DNA of 35,684 nucleotides, taken from Tubiluchus corallicola (lineage: Eukaryota > Animalia > Priapulida). The notes beneath the pieces were generated by a model, which did no database searches, was not told the DNA's origin, and saw nothing but the letters and a program-made list of their open reading frames with translations. Shown in pieces: positions 1 to 12,457 of the stretch. Numbering within the stretch: the first letter of the stretch is position 1; every line of letters begins with the position of its first letter. The stretch lies in the NCBI GenBank assembly GCA_030141605.1, contig JAQGDQ010001538.1:1-35684 (forward strand). Reading direction: 5' to 3'. A program made the translations under genes and the position numbers.

Positions 1-375
1 TGAGCAATACGTAACTGAACGAAGTACAATGATAGTTACGTATTGCTCAACAGATAAAGTGCATATATACGTTAACGACTGTAAGTAGTAAAGGAAAGCT
101 GCTTTAAATAGTGATTTTGAACTGTTGAAAAATTATTAAATTAATCATTCAAGATTAAATGATTGACGATGTAAGAGTAAATTATCGTCGTGGATAGAAG
201 CCCAGCCAAGTGTTGCATAGCGCGTTATCAGCTGATGTTCGTCCGGCGACTCAGAAGTAAAGATCGATGATGTAACAATTATGCGCAGAAGCTCATGGCG
301 CATTAGGAGTTCGACAATAGTGCTTTGAGGCCCGCACCTCGGGGGAGATTAGGAACAAACTTTAAGACAGAGGGC

Positions 376-2483
376 TGGCATTACCATCCTCTTATATTTA
401 CCGTGTTGTGTTTAATATTTAATAAATGTCTAGTTCATTAAATAAAGTCTTGATAGTTCGCCATGCTCATTGTGGCTACCTCACATACCACACAATGAAC
501 AACAACAATCAGCAAGCAGCTTTAACCACTATAACAAACAGACTTTAACGCACTTGCTACACCAATTATTTTACTTAAGCTTACATACTTACTCAAAAAC
601 GCAACGAGCCGCCGTCATGATCCACATCTTATCGATGAGAGTTCCACCACAAAGAGGTTTATTCCGTACTACAAGACCAACCTTTAGTTAAAAAAATTAC
701 AAAACAAGTGACACAAATTACCCGTGCTTATTTTCTGTGATTAAAAATGATTGTAAATATTTCTGTTGCAGAAAAGTGAGATGTTCCTAGTTTGTTTACT
801 TCTGCTGAAAGCATAAAATTTGACCAGAATAACTGCTACACCTCAAATGTACTTCATGCACTAACGAGAATATTCATCCCCAGTCTTTATGAACCACGTC
901 AAACAGATGCTTACTCAAAACCAAAATGAATGCAGCATAGCCTGCAATTGAAACTGTGTTTCACGAGTTTGATGGCAGTATTGGATTTTCTAAAATGCGG
1001 ATGCTGCCAATACTTGCGCCCTAGTTTAACTGCAAGCTGGCCAGAAAAAGCGGATCTCTTCAAACTCTTATTTTCGTTACAAAAACAGACTAGTAAAAAC
1101 TCAATATGGCAGCATGAGTAAATTTTCACTTGGTTCTGTGTAGACACAGAATTGTTGCTTGCTGATCAATATTGAATTAAAACCTGTCTTCATCATTAGG
1201 ATGTGGCTAGCAGACGTTGCCTGGAATTGCAATCTGCAAGTATGGCATTCAAATCTAGGTTCACTCTACACTTTTTCTTTATTTTTGTGTTTAGTCCATT
1301 TCAATAATCATGAACTAATTTCAACTAGTTGAAACAACATCCAAGATAACTGGGATTATAGCAACCGGTCAGCTAATATGTCTTGTCTAAACCCTCGGTA
1401 AAGCAGGAACTTTGAATTTGCAAAGTAACAGCCTTATGGAAGCCTTATTATTGACGTTTATTATTAACTTTTCTGTATAAACAGAAGTTAGTGGTTTCCT
1501 ACTTACTTGTTCAATAATTTTCGTGCGTTGAATTTCTCATTGAATTCTACATTCCTATATGAAAAGGATAACACGAAATTTCAGTTTTTGGGAAAATAAC
1601 TCATTTGATATGCATACCACAAACGGAAATTCCCTCCCAATTACATCCTGTCCTCCTCGAATTCTTGGTTCAGCTGTCAAATTGGCAACTAAAAAACAAT
1701 AAAACAGGCAACAGAGTGCAAATCATACCTTCACCAGATGTTGTTACATTTGTGATCTTTGATGGCGTCTTTAATTCGTCAATAAAATAAAATAAATAGC
1801 ATATACGCATGCGCATTAGATACACAAATTTTTTATTCTAAATTATTTTATGTAGATCAGGGGAGGAAGTAGATGAAAGTTGAGTCTGTGTAATTAATTT
1901 TAGATGCATTTGAAACCTGTTACTGATTCTCTTTAATTTCTTTTTAAACTGGTGGAGAGATTTTACTTTTTTTATTTCAATTCCTTGTTAATAAGGCTTA
2001 AGCAACAACGTCTTACCCAATTGTAACCACGCAGTGCATCACAGCTGTAATGGACGAATTATTATCCAGGATCTTCATTGGGTAAATGAGTTTGTCTTAT
2101 ACAGATTATTTAAAAGTTACTGAGACTAACCTTCGTTAAGTGAACCATTGGCAGTTGTAGAACGTGGAACTGATGCAGAAATACATTGGTCAAACCAAAA
2201 CCATGTAGTACACACTAACGAAAGTAAAGCAGCTGGTTTCATCTATGGCTCACAGACAAGACCACATTCCTGAAAATGATAATAAAAAAGATTAATAATG
2301 TGCCTGCAACATTGAAGAAACTGGCATAATGATTCCAAATAATATTACCTAGTTTGGAATCATTAATACTTACTGACCAAATCAAACCAAAAACAAGATG
2401 TACACACTAGCGAAAGTAAAGCAGCAGATATTAAAACTGACTAGACTACATTCCTGAAAATGATAATCAAAAATAATAAATAA
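376..2483. repeat. Dispersed repeat block A, copy 1 (direct repeat of 16677-18930)
   Basis: Sequence from TGGCATTACCATCCTCTTATATTTACCG (376) to ...AAATAATAAATAATC aligns by eye with high identity to 16677-18930. Contains an internal duplication (about 2190-2285 vs 2380-2470). Confidence 0.95.
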
Positions 2484-2793
2484 TCTTGCTCTCTCTCTCT
2501 CTCTCTGTCAGTCTCTCTCCCTCTTTCTCTCTCAGCTCCCTCTCTCGCTCTCTTTCTCTCTCTCTATGTCTCTTTCTTTCTCTCTCTTTGTCTGTCTCTC
2601 TCTTCCTCTTTCACTCTCAGCTCTCTCTCTCCTCTCCCTCTTTGTCTCTCTCTCTCTCGCTCTCTTTCTTTCTCTCTCAGATCTTTCTCTCTGTCCCTCT
2701 CTTTCTCTCTCTCTCGCGCTCTCTTTCTCTCTCTCTCTCTCGCTCAACTTCTCTCTCTCTCTTTCTCTCTCTCCCTCTCTCTCTTTCTCTCTT

Positions 2794-2836
<43 letters not shown>

Positions 2837-2920
2837 TACTCTCTTACACTTTTTCTCTTTCTCTCTCTTTCTCCTCTCCTGATCTCTCCCTCTTGCTTTC
2901 TCTCTCTCGCTTGCTCTCTT

Positions 2921-2958
<38 letters not shown>

Positions 2959-3128
2959 TCTCTCTCTCTTTGTCTGTCTCTCTCTCCCTCTTTCTCTCTG
3001 AGTTCTCTCTCCTCTCTCTCTCTCTCTTTCTCTCTCTATGTCTCTATGTCTCTTTCTCTCTCTCTCTCTTTCTCTTGGTCTGTCTCTCTCTCTCTTTACC
3101 TGTCTCTCTCTCCCTCTTTCTCTCTCAG

Positions 3129-3161
<33 letters not shown>

Positions 3162-3360
3162 TTATCTGTCTCTCTCTCCCTCTTTCTCTCTTAGCTCTCT
3201 CTCCTCTGTATCTCTTTCTCTCTCTCTCGCGCTCTCTTTCCTTCTCTTTCGCTCTCTTTCTCTCTATCTTGCTCTCTTTCTCTCTCTCTCTCTCTTTCTC
3301 TCTATCTATCTCTCTCTTTCTCTCTCTCTCTCTCTCTTGCTTTCTCTGTCTCTCCCTCTT
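2484..3360. repeat. Degenerate (CT)n microsatellite tract 1
   Basis: About 880 bp of almost pure pyrimidine CT/CTTT/CTGT repeats. Confidence 0.98.
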
Positions 3361-3937
3361 TTTAAAAATGACTCATAATACTGCCTAGCTACAACTGTGT
3401 TCAATCCTCTTAATCTTTAAAATAAATCAATAGTTCATAAAGTGTCTAGTAATTAAAATATCACTCACCCAAGCGGCAGTCAGTGCAAAAGAAATCTGCA
3501 AAAACAAAAAGGAAAGAAAAACACACACAAGTATATATGAACAATAAAATAAATAAATTAAAATAATGATAACAAAAATTGCAGATCTCTTTCTTCGATT
3601 CACGTTCAAGTTTACACGCTGAAAGTATAAACCAGAATGACACTTCTTTGCGCAAAGCCTTCCAAACTTGCGTAGTCTTGGAAACGCAAACGCGTCTTGA
3701 AAACAATGGGCGACTGTCATTGTACTGCGTCTATACTTTTAATAACTTCCCAACCTTGCGTGTATTATGCTATGAAAATTTGAAAACTCTCTCTCTCACT
3801 CTGTTTCTGTCTCTCTCTCTCTCTCCCTCTTTCTCTTACCACCATTCACACTGTTACTCTATCACATTCTTTGCGAAAATATATATCCAGTGCATGCTAA
3901 AAGTTTTTATAAATTATGCAAATATTCACTAAACACA
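3361..3937. repeat. Dispersed repeat block B, copy 1 (direct repeat of 25181-25751)
   Basis: TTTAAAAATGACTCATAATACTGCCTAGC...CACTAAACAC is near-identical to 25181-25751; both copies are flanked by CT tracts on both sides. Confidence 0.95.
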
Positions 3938-4075
3938 TCTCTCTCTCTCTCTTGTTCTCTCTTTCTCTCTCTCTCTCTCTTTCTCTCTCTTTGTCTTTCT
4001 CTCGCTCTCTTTCTCTCTCTCTCTTGCTCTCTCTTTCTTTCTCTCTCTCTCTCTTTCTTTCTGTCTCTCTCTCTT

Positions 4076-4132
<57 letters not shown>

Positions 4133-4146
4133 CTCTCTTTCTCTCT
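3938..4146. repeat. (CT)n microsatellite tract 2
   Basis: Direct observation. Confidence 0.98.
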
Positions 4147-4868
4147 CGTCACGTGGTTTTGTGTAGTTTTCGAGCAACAACGGCTCTGATAAATTGTGGC
4201 AAAAATGTTCATTTAGAGAGAAAGGTTACTAAAACAAGTGTTACGTAATTGTGCGTCTTGTTATGGACATTACCTTGGTGTTATTAGATAAGCTGTAAGT
4301 GGAGCGGTTTTGTATTTATTTGAAAAAAACCTATACTAGAAATAGTGGTAATCATAATTACAAGAAGCACATGGTCAAACGGGTTTGGCCATTCTTAATT
4401 GCCACCATTCTCGCCACGGCCGATTGGGATTGGTCTTTATTCCATCATGACTCTGTTAACGTGCGTTTTGTGTAGACGGAAGTATCCGGACGCTACAACA
4501 AGAATTGAATTTGGCTATTTGATCCTATGCAGCAAATGTTATTGTGAGAGAATTTCAGAAAGTAATGGTACAGTTGCACCAGTACCTTTTACTAGCAGCA
4601 ATCAAGATGATCTAAGTTCCGCAATTTCTAGCCAAGTAGATGAGAACAAGTTTGTTAATCTGCATAATGATACTAGTGATAATTTAATGTGCCAGAAAAT
4701 TTTAGTAAGCCAGCAATGGTGGAGACTATTATTGTAATTTTCATGTTTATCTAAGTTGGTGTGTGATTTGTTTGTATTGGGTTTTTGTTTTTATGATGTT
4801 GTATGTTGTTTATTTGTAAATTATAATATGAACTAATGTTTTAAATAAAGAATTTAATCAAAATCAAA
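4147..4868 (+). mobile_element. Internally deleted non-autonomous LINE remnant inside a CT tract (5' UTR + ORF1 N-terminal CxxC...CxxC fragment at 4447-4737 + 3' UTR/tail)
   Basis: Flanked by CT on both sides. ORF from ATG 4447 (MTLLTCVLCRRKY...LCSKCYC) resembles the ORF1 N-terminus at 26358 (SCTICRRSK...CVVCVGC). A T/G-rich 3' UTR, AATAAA and an AATCAAAATCAAATC tail abut the next CT tract. Confidence 0.6.
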
Positions 4869-4887
4869 TCTCTTTCTCGCTCTCTCT

Positions 4888-4921
<34 letters not shown>

Positions 4922-5045
4922 TGCTCCCTCTCTCTCGCTCTTTCTCTCTCTCTCTCTTTCTCTCTCTCTCCCTCTCTTTCTCCCTCTCTCTCTCTCTCTT
5001 TTTTTTCTCTCTCTCTTTCTCTCTCTCTCTTTCGCTCTCGCTCTC
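4869..5045. repeat. (CT)n microsatellite tract 3
   Basis: Direct observation. Confidence 0.97.
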
Positions 5046-8000
5046 GATGCAAAGTCTGCAGCACTTTTACGATCAACCAATATTTTACTCATAAGAACAT
5101 ACATTGTGGCGATCTGTGCAGTTTTATGTAGGGATTCCGTATTTCATGCAAGTGGTATGGGTTCGGTACTCGCACTAGGTATGATAATGTGTAAGTTTAA
5201 ACCCAAGCCTTTTACCTTGTACAGGAGAGTGTGCACACATTTGTATTGTTGCCGAGGTAGATCTGGTTTGTAGGCTAAATCTTAAAGGCATGCTCTTATA
5301 ATAAGTCACTCTCGCATCATGTCCCAATGTCTCTTTCGATCAGTGGGGCCTACCCATGACTGCCCTCTGGTGTACTGCGTATGTAAATGCTAGCTTTTTC
5401 CTTTGCAAATACAATGCATTTCCTTATAAATACAATGCATATGTCTTTAAACTTAGACCTTGTTCTAAGCCGAGCAATTGGAAGAAGGAGGTTTAAATTC
5501 AGATCCCTAACCCCCAGCACCAGTTAAAAAGGATGCAAATAAAGCAATTCGTTTTAACGAATTTACAAAATGCTTTGGGAGACACTTGCCTGATACTGAA
5601 TTGAAGACAGACCTGTGTGATTTAAACTGAAAGCTAAAAAACAAGAAATAAAACATGTTAACAATGGCCAGTCCTTTATTAATATACTGTAGCTGTATCA
5701 ATAAATTGGAAAATATTTTACTGTTATATTTTTTGACCTCGTATCTAACATGCAAAATAAATATACAATCAAATACAAACATCAAACAATCAAAAACTTA
5801 GAATGACATATAATCTAAATACATACATTCGTACATTGTAATTACACGAACTTCAAAACAGGACTAGAAGAGCTCAGAAAATGATTGTACTGCATTCGCA
5901 AAGAAGATCTAATCACTACTGTCACTTGACGAGCGAGAATTAGCAAACTTGCATAAATTTCCAAGAAATAAGACCATGTGAGTTGTGACATTGAAAATAT
6001 TTAAAATCACTATGAAGGTTCAATAATAAACAAACTAGCATCCTGAAATCTAACGGAAAAATAATAATTAGCGAAACGCCTAGATAATGCCAGTCATACC
6101 TGTTATGACAAAAGTTGACGTGCCAACACTACAAGAAAAAGCTGCTTGAATCCATAATACCAACATTCTTTTCTGTCACTGAAAAGTTTTTCATTGTCTA
6201 GAAGTTTTAAACCATTGCTTATGTTTTAATAGAATTGTAAATTATTATTATTATTATGCAAACTTTAACTTCCAATAAACCATTGTTTTGTGTAGTTTCC
6301 TGAATACTACCTACAAGAAAGCGATAGACAGTCTGTAACGTCCCAATGTCTGTTCGTATTGTTCCAGCTATTGCTTCTGCTTCTACCACTGCTGATACTT
6401 CTGCTGTTGTTGCTTCTACTACTGCAGTTGCCATTATTACTGATGGTAGTGCTAAGCATTTATATTTGGTGGTGAAAGGTTTCATTGCCCAGATAGTGCA
6501 AATGCAAGTAGATAGTTTTGGTTTCATAAGCTAATTTTTGGACACGCTTGTCATTAGTTCACGGTCCCAGATTGATGATCAAGATTCATGCTAATCTATG
6601 ATTTCGGTAAGCATATTAGAAAATAGCTAAAACTTATTTTGTGATTCTTCAAAGACATTCATGACTTGAAAAAGCACCTTCACGACCACTAGGTTTTGCT
6701 GCATTTTGCGTAGGATCATGAAAACCTGCTCTCACTAAGCAACGATTACATTATTTTTGGGAATTTTCAGGTTTCTACTCCTCACACAATTGGGATTTCG
6801 TGTAACATTACATATGAAATGCATTTATTTACGTTAGACAAATTAAAACTTGATTTTTGACAAAAAAACTGAAAAAAGCATTCAACAACTGCAGCATTTG
6901 CATCATAAAAAATGTACAATATCACGTGTGAATCGGCTAATGTAGAAGATTTTCAGAAAACAACACTCTGATATGCTTTGGTCTCTATTTCTCAAGAGAA
7001 ATTCCTGTTAAATGATGAGACGACCTTAATTTGTCATTGAGTAGTTGGTTGGCTTTTTCCAGATGGAAAAAGTTGGCTTTTTTATGGCATATTTTTCTTT
7101 CAAAAGTTCAACTTCCAGTATTTCTACTATATTCCTTTTATTCTCTTCGAATTCAAATTAATATTCACTTTAGGTGGTTGCTTTTGCGCAAAACCTCAAA
7201 ACGTAAAAAACAAAATGTCGAGACGTAAATGCTGGAAAAAATTTGAGTGTTCGTTATTGCTAAAATTTACAGCACGTAGTCTAATTGTCCACAAGTTTTT
7301 GCCTCAAACTAAGCGAAGGCCTTACTTCCAGCAGCTAGAGAAGTTTATCACTACTTTGGTTCCAACATTTCACAGTTTTTGTCTTTTCTTTCCTCTAACA
7401 TTGCTCTGGTATTTTTAAATAATTAAGAGTCATTCCGTGAGAAAATCAGCAAAATAGTGGAAGGTGACAAATCACCGATTATGTTCATATTCACAGGGTT
7501 TGATGGTCCCCTCAGATGGGGTAGCCACAGCCAAAATATTAGATTTCAGAAATGAGCCGTTTCTGAGAAAAGCCGCCATTTTGATTTTTTTCGGATTTTG
7601 GCCATTTTGGCGTAACAAATTGCCCATTATTTCTCACGTTATTACAGACAGTAAATGAGCGATCCAGCACTAGTTAATTGGTGATATATATAGTAGGGGT
7701 CTTACAGTACCGTACCATTATCGTTGCCAAATTGAACCTCCTTTTCAGTTGGTGTCATCAGATTGCAAAAGATACGTGTCTGCTGCTGCTGAATTTAGAC
7801 GCCATTTTGAAATCCCCATAACTCCACTGGGGCGGGTATTGGGGGACTAATCAATATATTTTTATTTGCAGCTTGACTAGTCCTACAAATGCATGAAATA
7901 AAATTTTGGCCAGCGATCTCCCAAGAATCCAGAATTTTTAGCCAAAGTTGCTCTTTTTTGCCATTTTCACAACCTTGACCTATATTTAGCTATTCGCTTT

Positions 8001-8831
8001 GGATGACGGTGTTGCCATTAGAATCGATACAAAGTGCAGCAACGTCAATGTTTATAGTAGTCAGGCTTTAGATGTCTGGGCACTCCTAGCAACCAGGCCC
8101 CTCATCAGGGGGCCCCATTCCCTTCGAAGGGCCCCTGTGACGATTATAACATGGTGATTTTTATAATCTGTATAAAACACGGAATAGTTTCATGTACATA
8201 ATAACAGTTTCGTGTACAAGTGCTCGGGCTATATACCTATGGCCCGTGGATCAATACGGGGGCCTCGGGAGGGCCCCACTGTCTTGACTGAAAAATAGAC
8301 TTCAGTCAAAAAGGTTTAGTGTCGCTTTGCTAAACAAGATTCTAAAGTAAGGCGGACAAGGCGAGGCAAGGCACTATTTGTGAAATTGTGTTGAAACCGA
8401 CGCGAGCATCGAATATAACATGTTGCGAGCCAATTTTTAAAACGCGCACAGCTTTGTGTGGTCTTGTATTCAACAGGCGAATAGTTGTCAGTCCCTGCTA
8501 TTTTTCCACAAATCAATTCGAGTTAATAATTAGTTAGTTACTAATACCCTGGTGTGGCAACTGCGACAACCAGACTTCTGCTTACTAACAACGGGCATCA
8601 ACAAAAAAAACTGGTTAAGAAACGCAGCAAAGGCCAGTACGACCCTGCCTCGGCCGTTACATACTAATTCCGACTCTGTGCAACGGATGTTTTAAGCCAT
8701 TCGCTCATATCGCCAGATTTCCACCGTCTCGTAAAGATATACGCATATACACCGACTACCATATTCAACTAAACTCTAACGAGAATCAGGGCGCTGACGC
8801 TTATAATCACAAATTTTCAAAATAACAAAAA

Positions 8832-8941
8832 GACAACAACAAATTCTTTACGTCCACGACTATTTTTTTATTCGCCAATATTCAATGACAACAACAAATT
8901 CTTTACGTCCACGACTATTTTTTATTCGCCAATATTCAATG
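8832..8941. repeat. 55-bp tandem duplication
   Basis: GACAACAACAAATTCTTTACGTCCACGACTATTTTTTATTCGCCAATATTCAAT occurs twice in tandem. Confidence 0.95.
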
Positions 8942-9036
8942 AAAAGTCGCACTATAGTAAATAATAATAAGCTAATAATTGATAATACATACAGTAAGTT
9001 GCTACTATGTGTTGCTATGGTAACCTCCTTATCAAA

Positions 9037-9688
9037 AGAGACAGAGAGAGACACAGAGAGACAGAGAGAGACACAGAGAGACATACATAGTCACAGAGAG
9101 ACAGAGAGAGTCACAGAGAGACAGAGAAAGATTCAGAGAGACACATAGAGACAGAGAGAGACAGAGACAGAGAGAGAGACACACAGAGACAGAGAGAGAC
9201 AGAGAGAGATACAGAGAAACAGAAAGAGACAGAGAGAATCAGAGAGAGACACACAGAGACAGAGAGACACAGAGAGACAGAGAGAGAGACAGACAGAGAC
9301 AGAGAGAGACACAAAGAGACACAGAGAGACAGAAAGACACAGAAGAGACACAGAGAGACGGAGAGAGACAGAGAGAGGCACAGAGACACAGAGAGCGACA
9401 CAGAGAGACACACAGAGAGACAGAGAGAGACACACACAGAGAGAGAAACACAGAGAGACAGAGAGAGACACAGAGAGGGACACAGAAAGACAGAGAGACA
9501 GACAGAGAGACAGACAGAGACAGAGAGAGAGATAGAGAGAGACACAGAGAGACAGAGAGAGAGACAGAAACAGAGAGAGAGAGACACACACACACAGAGA
9601 CAGAGAGACAGACAGAGACAGAGAGAGAGACACAGAGAGACAGAGAGAGACACAGAGAGAGACAGACAGAGACACAGAGAGACAGAAA
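9037..9688. repeat. (GA/GACA)n compound microsatellite (CT/CTGT on the minus strand)
   Basis: Direct observation. Confidence 0.98.
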
Positions 9689-10749
9689 CTGTAATTTATC
9701 GTTTCTTTTTGAAATTTTCATTTTTTTATTCAGAATTATGAATAATTCGTACTAATTTTTTTCCGATTTAGGTCACATTCAAGATCGAATCTCGTCAATT
9801 TATGGACGAGCTGGCCAAAATTTTATTAATGATCTAAGTATGCCTGGTCAAGCTGTAAATAAACCTATATTAATTATACTTCAAATACCCGCCCCAGTGG
9901 AGTTATGAGAATTTTAAAACAGGGTGTCATTCAGACGGTAGCAGACACGCATCTTTCATGAGCTCATGATACCTACTGAAAGAGAATCTCAATTCATCAA
10001 ACTCAATGTGGCAATAGGGCAAGACCCCTACTATATATACCACCCAGCAACTAGTCCTGGATCATTCATTTACTGCCTGTAAATGATGTGACAAATATAG
10101 GTCATTTTTCTACGTCAAAATGGCCAAAATCCGAAAAAAATCAAAATGGCGGCCTATCTCTGAAACGGCTCATTTTTGATACCTAATATTTTGGCTGTGG
10201 GGTACATCTGAGGGGATCATCCAACCCTGTGAATATGAACAAAATCGGTGATTTGTCACCTTCCACTATTTTTTGACTTTTGCATGGTTTTCTCGCGGAT
10301 TGACTCTTGAAATCTTTTAACATACAAAAGTTTTTCGGCCATAACCTAAAAACCACTAGTACCATAAACCAGTAACTTTCAACGCCAAGTGTTGATGTAT
10401 AGGAATGTCATGCTGTGAAACTTTATAACACACTTGCTTCTAATATTATTAAAGTCTAAACTTTGGCAGTTTTTTTGCGCCCTTCGGAATCTAAATGTGG
10501 CCGAGAGACGTAGGTTGGTTCAGCGGACGGGGATTCATGTGAAATGCGTTATCACACATTACAATTAATTAACAAGTTAACAAAAAAGCAGTGAAGTCCA
10601 AATTACACTTTTTTTGTATAAGATGTATTACTTTTTATCCGAAACAACATCGTGTAATCAGGATATTTGTAACAAAAAAGCACTAGTAATTTTTTTCCGT
10701 TTTTGAAAAAAATCATGCAGTTAGGGGTTACCGTGTTAACTTGATAAAG

Positions 10750-11040
10750 TTAACTGTAATAAAATACTGCATAAAATATACAAGTTGCCACAGTTGTGTG
10801 AATTTCTGATGCTCTACTTCTTACAGATAGTGTGCAGGCTTCACCATTGATGCAACCTGTTTTTTTATAATGTTTTTTCACTTCTTTGATCCAGAACAAA
10901 TGTTTGGAGACTTTAACTATCACATTGACTTTTAGATAATCATAGCGTCCATCCGCATTGTTTTCAAATACATCTACAGTCGATAATACACCAATTACCT
11001 CACCTTTGTTCTTCCAAATGGCTGGTCCACCTGAATCACC
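10750..11040 (-). CDS. Terminal exon of trypsin-family (S1A) serine protease containing the catalytic Ser motif
   Basis: tttgtag| then GDSGGPAIWKNKGEVIGVLSTVDVF...VIVKVSKHLFWIKEVKKHY...TTVATCIFYAVFYYS* (97 codons); phase-0 intron directly before GDSGGP. Confidence 0.92.
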   Translation of the reverse strand, partial: GDSGGPAIWKNKGEVIGVLSTVDVFENNADGRYDYLKVNVIVKVSKHLFWIKEVKKHYKKTGCINGEACTLSVRSRASEIHTTVATCIFYAVFYYS

Positions 11041-11339
11041 CTACAAATAAATGAAAGATATTACAGCCAGCTCTTATCATGGTCACGTGACACACGTCAA
11101 AATAGATAAATTCGCCTATAAACAGACGAAAGTTATTATAGACCACTGTAATCATGAACACTTATCTTCCTATCTAACGAATTTAGGTAATGAACAAAAG
11201 AAAACAATATGGGGGGTAAAAAAAATATCAAGCTTATAATTAAATTTAGCAATAAGCTGGTCATTAACAAGGTAATGAATAAAACAGACGAATAGTGGCA
11301 ATTTTCACGCTAATTAATTAAATCCAAAAATGTTGATGA

Positions 11340-11850
11340 TTATCGAACTAATGGATTGAATCAAGAATACTGGTGATTAATTAAACTACTGAATTAAAGT
11401 CAAGAATAGTGCTGGTTAATTAAACTAATGAATTAAATCAAAAAATCAAGAATGCTGGTGATTAATTAAACTACTGAATTAAAGTCAAGAACAGTGGTGG
11501 TTAATTAAACCAATGAATTGAATCAAGAATACTGGTGATTCATTAAACTACTGGATTAAAGTCAAGAATAGTGCTGGTTAATTAAAAAAATGAATAGAAT
11601 CAAGAATACTGGTGATTAATTAAACTACTGAATTAAAGTCAAGAATACTGGTGATTAATTAAACTATTGAATTAAAGTCAAGAACAATGGTAGTTAATTA
11701 ACCCAATGGATTCGATCAAGAATACTGGTGATTAATTAAACTACTGAATTAAGTCAAGAATATTGGTGATTAATTAAACCAATGGAATGAGTCAAGTATA
11801 GTCATGATTAATTAAACTAATGAGTTAAAGTCAAGAATACTGGTGGTTAT
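11340..11850. repeat. Intronic minisatellite, ~39-41-bp unit, about 12-13 copies
   Basis: TCAAGAATACTGGTGATTAATTAAACTACTGAATTAAAG and variants in tandem. Confidence 0.95.
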
Positions 11851-12457
11851 CTTGCTAATGGAAAATAGGTTTTGAATTTTTGTTCAAAAGATATACGTCT
11901 TAGCCTTTGGTGCTATATATTGACATAAAGTAAAGTTGCGTGTAAAAAGGCAATATTGGCCCTCTAAGATGTTTTATTTAAATAAACCTTGCTTACATGT
12001 AAATAAAATGCGGCAGAAAATACCTCAAACCACATACTAAGTTACAGAAATAACTACACGCGTATATTTTTGTTGACTGGTGTTGTTGTTGGTGTTTACT
12101 TAAATGCTACTGCGGCTCTGTCCAGTGTAAATCAGCCTTGCAAGACTTCTAATACCCCGTATGTATATAACACAGCGCCACTTTGGTGCCACGTTGGACA
12201 GAAGAGGGCCATTCCGCTTGCATCAGTTAGAATGCATGCCCTTGTAAAGGTAAATTTCATGCATTTGATGTGCCTGGATAACTACACCTGGATAAGAAAA
12301 TTACGGGGAATGAAGATAATAACAAAATTGTTACGCCAAAACCAAAGATTTTCTACACATTTTTGAGATATTTTACAGAAAAACTGCCAGTTTTTATCCT
12401 CTGTCTTTCTCACATTACAGGTTGCTGTATGGAAATTGACTCAGCGATTTACTTTAC

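Larger units (their letters stand above)
7427..10306. mobile_element. Non-autonomous DNA transposon with ~490-bp imperfect TIRs, Sola3-like
   Basis: Left end TTAA|GAGTCATTCCGTGAGAAA... and right end ...TTTCTCGCGGATTGACTC|TTGA. 7427-7915 is the reverse complement of about 9810-10306 (e.g. GGAAGGTGACAAATCACCGAT / ATCGGTGATTTGTCACCTTCC; CCACTGGGGCGGGTATT / AATACCCGCCCCAGTGG). GAG..CTC termini, TTAA target and long TIRs are Sola3 hallmarks. No transposase ORF inside. Confidence 0.8.

Noticed and set aside
4380-4445. HDV-like ribozyme in the 5' UTR of the CT-associated LINE remnant
   Set aside because: Only a partial P1-like pairing (TTGGCC/GGCCGA); P2, P3 and P4 could not be assigned.
2486-5104. 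Long Ser/Leu- and Arg/Glu-rich ORFs (also at 9111-9721, 18875-19472, 24938-25979)
   Set aside because: Translations of CT/GA microsatellites that simply lack stop codons.
6219-6534. Overlapping Ala/Thr/Ser-rich ORFs on both strands
   Set aside because: Low-complexity (CTG/CTA/CTT) tract; no domain or supporting splice structure.
12070-12366. 98-aa plus-strand ORF
   Set aside because: No recognisable motif; lies antisense within a protease intron.
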